The position numbers and the translations under genes are program-made. Under the pieces are notes generated by a model. It saw nothing but the letters and a program-made list of their open reading frames with translations, made no database searches and was not told the DNA's origin. 64,000 nt of DNA from Zygnema circumcarinatum SAG 698-1b (lineage: Eukaryota; Plantae; Zygnematophyceae): positions 2,221,580-2,285,579 of the forward strand of contig CM074819.1 in assembly GCA_037447605.1 (NCBI GenBank), written 5' to 3'. Below, piece by piece: positions 11,201 through 21,691 of this stretch. Position 1 is the first letter of the stretch. Every line of letters starts with the position of its first letter.

Positions 11201-14200
11201 GATTACGGCTGCTGTAAGCTCTGCAGGGGTTGCACTACCCAGAGAATCGCTCCTTGCAACAGCAAGAATCGGATCAACATTCCCAACTTGCACTGATGTG
11301 AGGTTGAGCCCCCTCGTGACAATAGTGTTAGCCTGGTCAAGACTAGACGAGAGAAGGTTGATGATGTGCCAAACGATCGTCGTGAGAGGAGATATAGCAG
11401 TAGAGGCAGGAGGAGCCATGAGAGGGCCGGAAGGACGGAGACCCGTGTTCAAGTCGTGACAAGAGGCTGAGTGAGGATAGAGAACAAGGGCCCCTCCACT
11501 GTAATTGCTTAACAAGAAAGTTCCCATTTTATCAGTGATTGTAGTGGCTTCGCCGTCATCCCAATTGCCATTAGAGTTCGTATCAGCGAAGACTTGACAG
11601 CTGATGAGATATCCATCGTAAGCAACACCTGCTAAGGTGGATGCCGCAGCGGAGGGGGGGGCTGCTGACGGAGGAGTAAGGAGGGTGGCTTCAGGGGGCG
11701 GAGGCAATATGGGGCTTGAATAAGGAGGTGGAGGAGGGGTGCGAGGGATAGGGGAGGGAGGAGAAGAGGGACGAGGAAGTAGAGGGGAAGGAGGAGAAGA
11801 AGCGTGAGGAAGAGGAGGCAAGGAAGGACGAGGAGGAGGAGGGGATGACGGACGAGGGGGATAAGGATGTTTTGGCGGCGGCGGAGGAGAAGTAGGGAGA
11901 GGCGGGGGGGGCGGCACAGGAGGAGAAGGAGAAGGAGGAGGGAGAGGAGGAGCAAGACGAGGTGGTGAAGGAGGAGAGTAAGGCTGAGGAGGAAATAGAG
12001 GAGAAAGACGAGGGAGAAGAGGACGCGGAGGGGGCGGAGGAAGAGGAGGGGAAGAAGGATGAGGAGAAGGAGGACGAGGATACGGCTCAGGAGGGAGAAG
12101 GTTTGAAGGATGAAGACGAGGAGGAGGGGAAGAAGACGGAGGAGGACGAGAATGGGATGGAGCCGCAGCAGCAGCAGGATGAGGAGGAGGAGGCGGAGGC
12201 GGACGAGCAAGTAGACGCGGAGAAAGAGGAGGAAGGGGAGGAGGACGAGGTGACGGAGGAGGCGGAGGGGGAGGAGAAGGAGGAGGAGGAAGAGGATGAA
12301 GAGGACGGGGAGAAGGGGGAGCGAGGGGGGGAGGAAGAGGACGAGGCTGAGACGGAGCAGCTGCAACAGGAGGAGGAAGAGGATCAGCGAAAGGAGGACG
12401 AGGAGGAGGAAGAGAAGGCGAAAGCGGGGGAGAGGGAGGGGGAGGGGGAGGGGGAGTNNNNNNNNNNGGGAGGAGAAGTTGGAGGAGATAGAGAGAGAGG
12501 AGGAGAAGATAGAAGAGAGCCTGGGGCTAAAGGAGGGAAGGGAGGAGGAGAAATTGTAGGAACGGGAAATGGAGGTGGAGAAGGAGAAGGTGAGACAGTA
12601 AGAGAGGGAGGACGGCGACGAGAAGGAGAGGGGAAAGGTAAGGGAGGAGGGGGAGGGGGAGAGGGCGATAGAACGGAAGGAGAAGAGAAGGGAGGGGACA
12701 GAGGAGGATTGGGAGAAGGGATAAGAGGAGGTGGAGAACGGAAGGAAGGATTTGGGGGAGGAAAAGAGAGGGGACGGTGGGAGAGAGATGGTAAGGCTGG
12801 AGGAGAGGGAGGAGGAGGAACGAGGAACGTGGGAGGGACAAGCGGAGGAGAGGCAGGGAGAAGAGGAGGAGGGGGAGGAGGGAGAGGGGAGGAAGGCAAG
12901 GAAGGGGAAGAGAGAAGGGTTGGAGAATCGAGAGGGGATGGCGGAAACAGACCGTGAGAGAGAGGAGGAGATAGTCGCGGAAAGGAAGCATGAGGAGAGA
13001 GAGCGGACAGAGTGGGAGAACGAGGAAAAGGCGGAGGAGGGATAGGCGGCAGAGGAGAGGAGAGAGGAGGAATTGTGTTGGGAGAAGGACCGGGAAAAGG
13101 TGGGAGGAAGGTAGGCGAAGGAGAAGCAGAGGACGGAGGAAATTCAAGACGAGGATGAGGGAAACGAGGTGGTAGCGGGGGAGAAGTGGAAAGGGAAACT
13201 GGAGGAAATGAAGGAGGAACAGGCGAAAAGGAAAGGAAGGGATGAGGAGGAGAATTTGGGAATTTTGGATGTAAGGACGGTGAGGGAGAGATAAACTGGC
13301 TGTGTGGAGGTGGGAGAGAACTAATGTGAGGGGGCGACGGTAAAAGTCTGCGAGGAGGAGACATAGGGGGGGGACGCTCTTGTGGCAAAGATGGTGGACA
13401 GGAAGGAGCAGGCGTATCAGTGGGAGGAGGAAAAGACTTCTTTGGTACATCAAGCTGGCCGGAAAGGTCGGGTGCTTCAGTCGAAGGATCAAAACGAGAT
13501 TTTGCCGTTGATTCAGCTAGTGAGGGAGATCGCCCTATTGGCGGCTTATTTACGGGGGCAGGAGCCGTAGCGTCCACAGACGACAATGGGGGCGGACAAG
13601 GGCCTTTGGGAGTGGAAGGAGTCCGATGGCCTGAAGAAGGATGTTCAAGGGAAGGCTTTGGAGGGAATGGCGGCAGCAAAAGGAATGGAGGTACGTGAGG
13701 ACTTTCAAGGGGGCTGGTCGGGAGATATGGCGGTGGTGAAAAGTTTGATGTTCCGACGCCTACACATGACATGGTATTGGGAGCTGATCAGATACCTCTT
13801 GTCAGACACAGCAGAGCATACTTTACGTCCTTTCCATAAATGCAAATGTTAAATCTGACCTCAAAATGTCTAAGGAAGTGTGCAGCGGAAGTGAGAGGCC
13901 ACTGACCATCAGGAGGAGGGTGTAAGCAATTCTGCCAGATAGTAAGCGTATTGAGGCAGAATGCGACTCCATTTTCTCCGGTTGCGGCTATCGTTAGGAG
14001 AGTAGATGGGCTCATCAAAGTTATAAGTGATGACGGTATACCCGGTGCTAAGAACTGGCCATTGAGTGTGACATAGAAACTGTTTCCAGTCGCTTCAGCC
14101 GTAACTGTAATCTGCTTCACTTCCGAGGGAAGTTCGAGATTTTGGCTGTTTTCTCGACTTTGAAGAGCTTCGTCTATACGGATCCATATTTGAGCTCGTG

Positions 14201-16241
14201 TATTGTCCAGATCTATTATCATCAAGCAACAAGCAAACATGGAGAGAGAGGGGGGGGGGGGGGGGNNNNNNNNNNGAGGGGGGTTGATACATCGCAACGA
14301 AGTGAGATAGCTTAACTCTGACTCGGACTTGGACTATCGTCACTGTCATAGCTCCTATGTAGCAACTCGTCTCCTTCTCTTTTTCACTCTCCTCTCCCTT
14401 AACTACTTTCGCAGACAATACGTTCTGGAGACCACCTGCCACTTCTGTTCAAAGCTCAGAAACAAGTGGAGTCTTGTGAACTTGAAACAAACCTGATTGC
14501 TCCCACTTCAGTACCAACGCTGGCTCTGTTGAGGCGGCTCTGCCATTTCCAGGAGCTGACGCTTGAAGAGCCACGGCGGAATCTTGAGCACCATACTCCG
14601 CAGGCCATTTCTGAGTGGTTCTTTTGTGAACTTTTGCATACAGAGGCTCCTCTATCGCGCCCTCAAAGTCCCCTTCTCTCACATCTGCAGTAAGCACGAG
14701 GGAAGGAGGAAAGTAGTAGTTCTCAGCTATGAATGCTCGGAAGAGTTCGATATTAAAATAAGTAAATTTCTTCATCTCTTTTGTAGAGCAACAAAAAAAA
14801 ACACTGTGCTTTGGATGGAAATGACTAGGATAATCAGAGTCCTCTCACTATCCGTCACTTGTTCTTTTCAAATTTGCAAGAGAGTAGCCAGTGCATATGC
14901 AAGAATAAAGAGATGATCAGAGAAACTTTTTGCTGCACGAGAGAGAAGGAGGCTGCACCATTTGCCACCCCTGTGCAGCAGTGCGGCTCCACAAGTGAAA
15001 GCGATAGCAGTAGAAAGACCACCAGTTGGCGAAGACTTGCAGAGGATAGCTTTTTAAGTTGCAGGTTAAACATCTTATTTTAGGTGTAGAAGGCAGACAT
15101 GCCAAGCTGCGGGCATCTACTGCTCAAAGCGGTCTCCTGCGTGCCCACATAGGCCATGTCGCAGGGAAATGTCCTACAATCGTGCCTATCTGGAGTTCTC
15201 CTCGGCTTTCAATACATTTCGTTGTTGAATTCGTGTATGGTGTCTCTATCTACTGGAGATTCTCCTGCACGGATTTGTGATCCTTGAACGTGACTTACAA
15301 AGTTATGCAGAAGGAAAAGTGAAGTACAATGTTGAAGGGACAATTCTTTCATTCCAGCGGCTGACTCACGGTGATAAGATGTTTAATGCTTTACTGCCTA
15401 ACCGACATAGTTAGACATATAGGCTTCAGAAATGCCGGCAAGTTGCCGAAAGAAGGCGCTCGTTTAACTGACTTCCAGCTCAACTATTGCAGCAGAAACA
15501 GGATTCCTACGTCTCTAACTTGTTTCAACTTAGTTCAAATATGGAATAAGTATGCATATTGATCCGCTCTTGTCGAAGGAAAGTTGAAGTCGCTTGAATG
15601 CTATTTAACTGATTACAAGAGAAAGCCATGGTATTCCTGGGCACTCGCCCTCCGACAGGCAAATAACAAGCCATCTTCAAGAAACGCGGGCTAAATACCC
15701 CTCTGACAAGCCTTGCACGGCGCATGCAAAAGTAGCCATTCAACGAAGCCTGATGGAATGCTTGAATTTTTGTTTGTCCTGAAACAACGACCAAACGATG
15801 TCTGAAAGAGCCGTTTGAAGAAGCCGTGCAAGTGGAAGAGACGGCGCATTGTGGGCCAGCCATTATCGGCAGACAGAGCTCCCTTGGCGCTTGCCCCTTG
15901 CCGTCTGGCGCTTGCCAGGAGGGCCCTAATCCCCTTCCGGAAGCAGGCTTGGCTGCAAGCCTGGCCTTCAGCCGGCCCTGAACTCAAACTCAGGAGGGGG
16001 CTCCGTCCCTGCTGCCAAATGCGACCAGAATGCGCCATGAGCACACCCCTGCATACGTGGCGCGTCCGGAGTGTGTTAAGAACAACTTTTGTACACGTGG
16101 TGAGTTCACATTGCTGGAGAGCCTGCTGACGGGGACAAGCTCAACCGGACGATGTGCCGTTAGGGGAATGAACGCACAGCACAGTACGGTAAGGGCAGCG
16201 ACTCGCCTTGCAAGTTTGGTTACATGAGATGGACTGGACAT
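8257..16241 (-). CDS. Mosaic single-pass membrane protein: putative signal peptide, cadherin-like beta-sandwich, extensin-like Ser/Pro region, bacterial-type surface domain, TM helix, long Ser-rich tail
   Basis: Putative ATG at 16241 (MSSPSHVTKLARRVAALTVLCCAFIPLTA). Same-strand ORFs at 14775-14449, 14442-14095, 14297-13788, 13772-12468 and, after the N gap, an apparently open Pro-rich frame running into 11917-10265 (TM about 10471-10388, donor about 10375), then 10136-9804 and 9642-8257. The 5' exons, and whether the 9642-8257 block belongs to this gene, are not proven. Confidence 0.6.
12458..12467. other. Assembly gap (10 N); further gaps at 14266-14275, 16821-16830 and 19873-19882
   Basis: Runs of n flanked by G/C homopolymer or low-complexity sequence. 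Frames across these gaps are unreliable. Confidence 0.99.
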
Positions 16242-17483
16242 GGGTCTCGCGATGGTGTGGCGATGGATGCCATGAAAGGGCACATGGACGACAATGACAA
16301 CAACAACAACAACAACATGGAGAACCACGAGGAACGATATCCCAGCCCTATGTTGATCTGGAACTCGTCTCGCACTAGCACTAGCATTGTCGTTGTTGTT
16401 GTTGTTGTGCATGCAGGCAGGCGAGTTCATATCGCACAATGTTGGGAGGCCTTGCTCAAGATTGCTTCCAGACGATCCTGACCTCCTCATCCCCACGCGC
16501 TGACAGAAAGGAAGTCCCTTACTCCGTTTCTTTTAGCATCTTGTGCTCTGTTTTGTCAAGTATTCCACACTCCATTTTCCTTTCAGGTTTTCCTCCGCTG
16601 TTCTGCTGCCTTGCTCAGCCCACACCATAAACTCCATTGCACTGAAACATATCGTCACTTTCTCTTTCCCCCCCACCCCCCCTTCCCTTCCTGCTTCCCT
16701 TCCCTTTCCTTTCCTTTCCTCCCCGCTTCCCCCCCCCCCTCCATATCCCTCCCTCCCCCTTTCCTCGCCCTCGCCCTCTCTCCTCCCCCTCTAGCCCACC
16801 CCTCTCCCTCTCCCTCTCCCNNNNNNNNNNTCCCTCTCCCTCTCCCTCTCCCTCTCACACACACACGTCCCAATCCATTTCAAGCACCAAGAATTATGGG
16901 AAAATGTCAAATTCAATTACAATCCAATAAGAATGCCCCAAGAACAAACGCCACGGAATGCGCCCGAAGGCGTCTGTATAGACCGACCACTCACTACCCA
17001 GAAAGAGGGAAAGATGTCTACTCTCTTACCCCCCTTCTAAAATAAAAAAAGAAATAACAAACTCAGGTTTATCGTCAGTAAAGTGTCACCCGGACCCTAG
17101 GACTCTTCCTTTTGGAGCCAACAGGGGGACATGTGACCCAGCCCCTATATATATTTCCTGATAAACACCCCCTCGCCCATAGAACACCAACACTGAAAAG
17201 AGGCCTTTCCTCTGACCGCAGAAAGTAAGCGGGGACAAGAAATGACAGTTCTAACTAAGAGAGAAAAAGTGGCGCAGTTAAACTGCAGGCTCAGAACTCA
17301 GAGGATGGATTCTAAGCTCACATGACCTAGTCAAAGATTTCCTTCCAAGAGGCAACCCAAATCACAGATTGAAGGCTACTCATACCCCCCTAAAACCCCT
17401 CTCTTGCTGTGCACCATGCGATCAAACCTTCTCTTTTAAGTGATGTCATTTCAGGAAAGCCCTGATCTCTCCCGGCCTCCTAG

Positions 17484-19697
17484 TCATTCCTTCACTTTAG
17501 GCTGAAAGCAGCACATAAATCCAGACTTCTTCTTCCCCGATCTCTTCACAGGTCGTGACTGGGGCAAAAAAGACGAAGATTTCAAAACTAGTGCGTTGAT
17601 CTTTTTTGGATATTCAGGCACCACTTTTGATTGACTGAACGTTTCCTGCATCTCCAACTCGAACTTAGCAGCAGGGTCCGGCTCAGGAGATGCTGCTGCA
17701 CTATGTATCTTTGACAGGGAGTGAATCACAGGGGGGTGGTCAGGAGAAGCAGGTCTGCTTAGACGGAGTGAAGAAGGAGGTCTCCGTTCTGGAGAGGTCG
17801 CCCTACTGTTTGCCCTACTATGTCTCCTTGAAGAAGCAGCTGATGGTGAACCTGGAGGTTTTGGTAGAGGTAAGAGGAGGAGATGCTTATTGCGAACTGA
17901 AGATGGTGTGGAGGGCGATTGGGGCGGCCTTGATTCTGGTGAAGTTGCTCTGCTCTGTCTTGCTGAACCCATTCGGAAATGGGGTTCAGGGGACCCCGGC
18001 CGACTTCTCCGTTCAATTGTAAGCATAAGGGAAGATTGAGGGGGGGCTAAAACGGGGACAACCAAAATATCTGGATGAGGAGATGGGGGTGCTCGCCTTG
18101 GTGAAAATGGTATCCGAGGAGGGTATGAATTAGTCCGCTGTGAGCTTGCTATGCTCCTTATACTGTTGATGCTGACATGGCTTTCTAAGCTAAGTTCTCG
18201 AGTAAGAATCCGAGCTGGAAAATTGTTGTTGTTAGTAGAGGGCGGTTCTGGGACGCCTTCGAAGGCATCTTGAAAATAATCAATAAGTTCAGGATCAGGC
18301 TGCTCACCATCCTCCTCCTCCTCCTCCTCGTTTTGCTGAGCTTCGGCTAAGTCCATGGCTTCCTGGATTCTTGCATTCTGCAAACATTCCGCCATTTCTT
18401 CCTGCTTCAAGAGATCAAAGTAATCGAGCAGCTGCTCAGATAGCTTATCTACCTTAAACTTCCCAAATGCCTCTAGTAAAAAAGACGCCCCTGGGACGTC
18501 CAGTTTGTACAATTCCTTCACAACACGCTCTACCTCCTCCGGTCTGTCCAAAATGAAGTCCTCGAAGGGACTCTCCATAAACTCCTTTGCTTCCAAAGAT
18601 GCCTTATGATTGAACACCTCCAGAACCTGTACTTGAAAGTCTTTTGCATGATCGTCCAACTCGTCGTTCTCTAACATCTCTTTCACTTCTTTCCACTCTT
18701 CCTTCCACTTTTGAAGCTCATCATCAAGACCCACAAGTTCCTTAAAGAGCTGAGCTGCCAGTTTGCCATCCCGCTTCACTGAATCGGTTTCACTGCCCCC
18801 CTTCTGCCCTTTAGCAGTCCACGCAAGCTTCATAATAGCAGCAGTTTTGCTCGTCGCATTGTCGCCTTCACTACCCTCATCACCACCACTTTGTGGCGCC
18901 TCTTCTGCATCTGGGTCTTTTTGAAAAAGAGGCTCCGAAATATCCCCTATTTGGTGCTTTCGTGATTTTTTTTTCCTGATTTTTTTCTCATCACTTTCAT
19001 CTCCCTCCTCGTCATCTTCTCCATCGTCGTCACCATCCTCGCTCCCACTCTCGTCGTCGCTTTCTTCGTCTTCGTCTTCATCCTCATCTTCACTGTCATC
19101 GTCCTCTTCACTGTCATCGTCATCTGAATCTCCCTTAGTTTTGGAAGATTTCTTCTTCCTCCCATGTCCAGACTCCTCCTCTGACTCTTCCTCTTCCTCC
19201 TCCTCCTCGGACCCTTCTTCATCCTCTTCCTCGCTATTTTCGTCCTCTTCGTCCTCCTCTTCCGACGAATCTTCAACAGGTCCAATGCCGTCTAAATCTC
19301 CGACATCAAGCAGACCAAAATAGTCTACCAAAACATCCAGAATATTTCCCGTTACTTGCTTCGTGCACCCTTCTGACAACATACCAGCCCCTGGAATTTT
19401 CTTCCTAGCAAAAATGATTAAAATTTCCTCCAAATCATTCTCAATTCCAACTGCTAAATCCTCATCCGGGGAAAGCATAAATTTCTTCAAATGTCCAGAC
19501 GCCCTTTTGTATAACCGAACAACAGTTTCCTGATATGAGAGTCTCTCCTGCTTCAGCTGATTACTCAAACCCTCCTTTCCCCACGCCCATCTCTTCTTGA
19601 ATTCCTCCAAACTTTCGTCCAAACCGATCAAGTTTTTCAAGAAGGATGTAGCGACGCTTGCTGCTGAAGCAATAACATCATTTGGGTCCTTCGACAT
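17484..19697 (-). CDS. 737-aa intronless protein: two copies of an unrecognised ~115-aa helical domain, acidic tracts, RxxSP-rich region, C-terminal di-Cys motif
   Basis: Uninterrupted 2214-nt ORF with non-repetitive globular segments. A CAG acceptor lies just before the ATG, so there is a 5' UTR intron or a further upstream exon. It ends KKKSGFMCCFQPKVKE. Confidence 0.85.
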   Translation of the reverse strand: MSKDPNDVIASAASVATSFLKNLIGLDESLEEFKKRWAWGKEGLSNQLKQERLSYQETVVRLYKRASGHLKKFMLSPDEDLAVGIENDLEEILIIFARKKIPGAGMLSEGCTKQVTGNILDVLVDYFGLLDVGDLDGIGPVEDSSEEEDEEDENSEEEDEEGSEEEEEEEESEEESGHGRKKKSSKTKGDSDDDDSEEDDDSEDEDEDEDEESDDESGSEDGDDDGEDDEEGDESDEKKIRKKKSRKHQIGDISEPLFQKDPDAEEAPQSGGDEGSEGDNATSKTAAIMKLAWTAKGQKGGSETDSVKRDGKLAAQLFKELVGLDDELQKWKEEWKEVKEMLENDELDDHAKDFQVQVLEVFNHKASLEAKEFMESPFEDFILDRPEEVERVVKELYKLDVPGASFLLEAFGKFKVDKLSEQLLDYFDLLKQEEMAECLQNARIQEAMDLAEAQQNEEEEEEDGEQPDPELIDYFQDAFEGVPEPPSTNNNNFPARILTRELSLESHVSINSIRSIASSQRTNSYPPRIPFSPRRAPPSPHPDILVVPVLAPPQSSLMLTIERRSRPGSPEPHFRMGSARQSRATSPESRPPQSPSTPSSVRNKHLLLLPLPKPPGSPSAASSRRHSRANSRATSPERRPPSSLRLSRPASPDHPPVIHSLSKIHSAAASPEPDPAAKFELEMQETFSQSKVVPEYPKKINALVLKSSSFLPQSRPVKRSGKKKSGFMCCFQPKVKE

Positions 19698-20082
19698 CCT
19701 GCGTGCAGTTTGGAACGCCTAAGGGTTGGGGAAAAAGCTGCTTAAGTTTTTTTTTTGGGAGAATGCTGTCTGCTACCAGTCCCGCTGCATTGGGCCGGAG
19801 AGAGAGAAATAAGTTACTCCATGGGACGCGCGATACAATCGTTTGAGGAAGTGAACAAGCAAGAAAGGGGGGNNNNNNNNNNGGAGAGGGAGGGAGGGGA
19901 GGGGAGGGGAGGGAGGGGAGGAAAGAGAATGAGAAAGGAAAAGTGACAGAACAAAAACGAGAAAGAGAAATAAAAAGAGAAATAAAGAGAGAGTGTGAGA
20001 GAGACCGAGCGAGAGAGAGAGAGTGTGCGAGTGAGAGAGAGAGAGTGTGCGAGTGAGAGAGAGAGAGAGTGTGTATGTGTGC

Positions 20083-20132
<50 letters not shown>

Positions 20133-20210
20133 TGTCTGATAATGCCTGTTGACGATGGGAGTGCAGGACTAGAGGCGGCCCGGCCCCGCCGGGACAAACT
20201 TTTCCGAGCC

Positions 20211-20257
20211 GTACCGTACGGTTGTACGGCCCACTACATCCGTATAGCATGCCGTAC
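20211..20257. promoter_or_regulatory. Cluster of 4 GTAC cores (SBP/SPL-type sites), including CCGTACAA
   Basis: GTAC at 20211, 20216, 20224 and 20254, upstream of the 737-aa gene. Function is inferred only. Confidence 0.35.
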
Positions 20258-21089
20258 AAAAGTGCCAGGGACGTCAATTATGACGTCATCAAATGACTCA
20301 AAAGTTAGTCCGGAACGCAGTGGGGACTGTAGGTTGACGTCAGCCTGGCGTACGCGAATGGCCTTGGTTTATGGAAAATGAAAATAAAAACCTAAAAACT
20401 TGAGTCATGGTTTTAGCTACTCATCGGCTGCCACGTGGCGTGAGGCGGCTCTCTGATTGGTCGGTTGACCGGCGGTGGCCTTCGGGGCAACGCTGACGGT
20501 TGCTTTCGGTCGCTGTCGGTCGTGACAAATGGTGTCAGGCGACGCTAGGTTTGCTGTTATGACGTCACCCAAAAATCCTCACGTCACCCAAAAGGCATAA
20601 ATTTGTTTATTTTTACTTAGGGCCTATTTACATATTTTTTTGGCTAGATTCCCACCTTTATTCGCGGGTCAGATTTTACTTTAGGGTTTGTAGGGTTTCT
20701 AGAATTTTTGGTTTTTGCTTATTTATTTTATTTTGGATTTTTTGGTGGATAAAAATTTCAGTTTTTTGGCCGCGGCCAAAACTCTCCCACTGGTCACCGC
20801 GATTCGGGCTCCAGATCTGTCGCTTTCTGGCGCCGCTTTTGGCTTCATCTTCAAATTTGTCTGCTTGCGGTCCCCTAGCCGACAAAGCGGTCGCTCCGGC
20901 CCATGCACGGCAGCTCACCAGCGACAAATCCTGACCGGAGGTCGGTGGCTGATCGACGGCCGGATACGTGCCACGTGGCCAGTCGGCGATTCTGCTTCTA
21001 CGGACGGACGGTCACGCTCGGTTGACCGTTGGCGGTGCGCGCCACACGTGCGAACTCCTGTTTATGGGTTACTGTACAGTAAACCGTGT

Positions 21090-21205
21090 TTGGGGTTTTA
21101 GCGTTTGAGGGTTTCTAAGGTTTTGGGTTTTAGGGTCTTTAGGGTTTCTAAGGATTTAGGGTTTTAGCATTTTTTAGGGTCTCTAAGGTTTAGGATTTTA
21201 GGGTT
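21090..21205. repeat. Degenerate (T)nAGGG telomere-like array
   Basis: ttttaggg/tttaggg/tttctaagg units. Similar arrays at 26518-26548, 36590-36662, 43205-43340 and 50090-50160. Confidence 0.75.
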
Positions 21206-21691
21206 GGTAAACAAAAACTGTCACATTTCAATGGCAGCATTTGCTGCTTGCCCGGCCCTGCCCTGTTCCACATAACATTATGGCAATGCAAGCTCATGTG
21301 AGAGATCGGGTGGAAATTGCAGCTTTTACCAGAAGGAAGAAGAAACATGGAGCGGCAAAGTGCGAGCGTTGCAGCATCAGATGGCAACGACGGCATCCGT
21401 GTAAAAAATGTGCTGACTTCTTCTATAAACAAGCTTTTACATTTGCATCTCCCAACCCAACATCTCGACAACTTGCTCAGAAACAAACTCAGTTGACTGC
21501 AGATTTTAGCCTGCCTGCCTATCTGCCTGCTTTCCTGCCTGCCTCACTCCCTCTGTGCTTGCTTCCCTGCCTCCCTGCTTCTCTCTTTGCTTGCTTTCTT
21601 GCCTGCCTGCCTGCCATTGGAAGCTTTGCGTTGTGCCTTAGGCTTGGGCTTGGCCTTGTACTAGGCCCTCCCTGTATGGAGTCACGGCTGC

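Noticed and set aside
12458-12467. Apparent frameshift or pseudogenisation in the surface-protein gene
   Set aside because: The frame change coincides with a placeholder N gap of unknown true length.
11962-12957. 331-aa Glu/Gly-rich plus-strand ORF and similar plus-strand ORFs up to 13700
   Set aside because: Antisense shadow of the Ser/Pro-rich exon on the minus strand. The purine-rich strand is naturally poor in stop codons.
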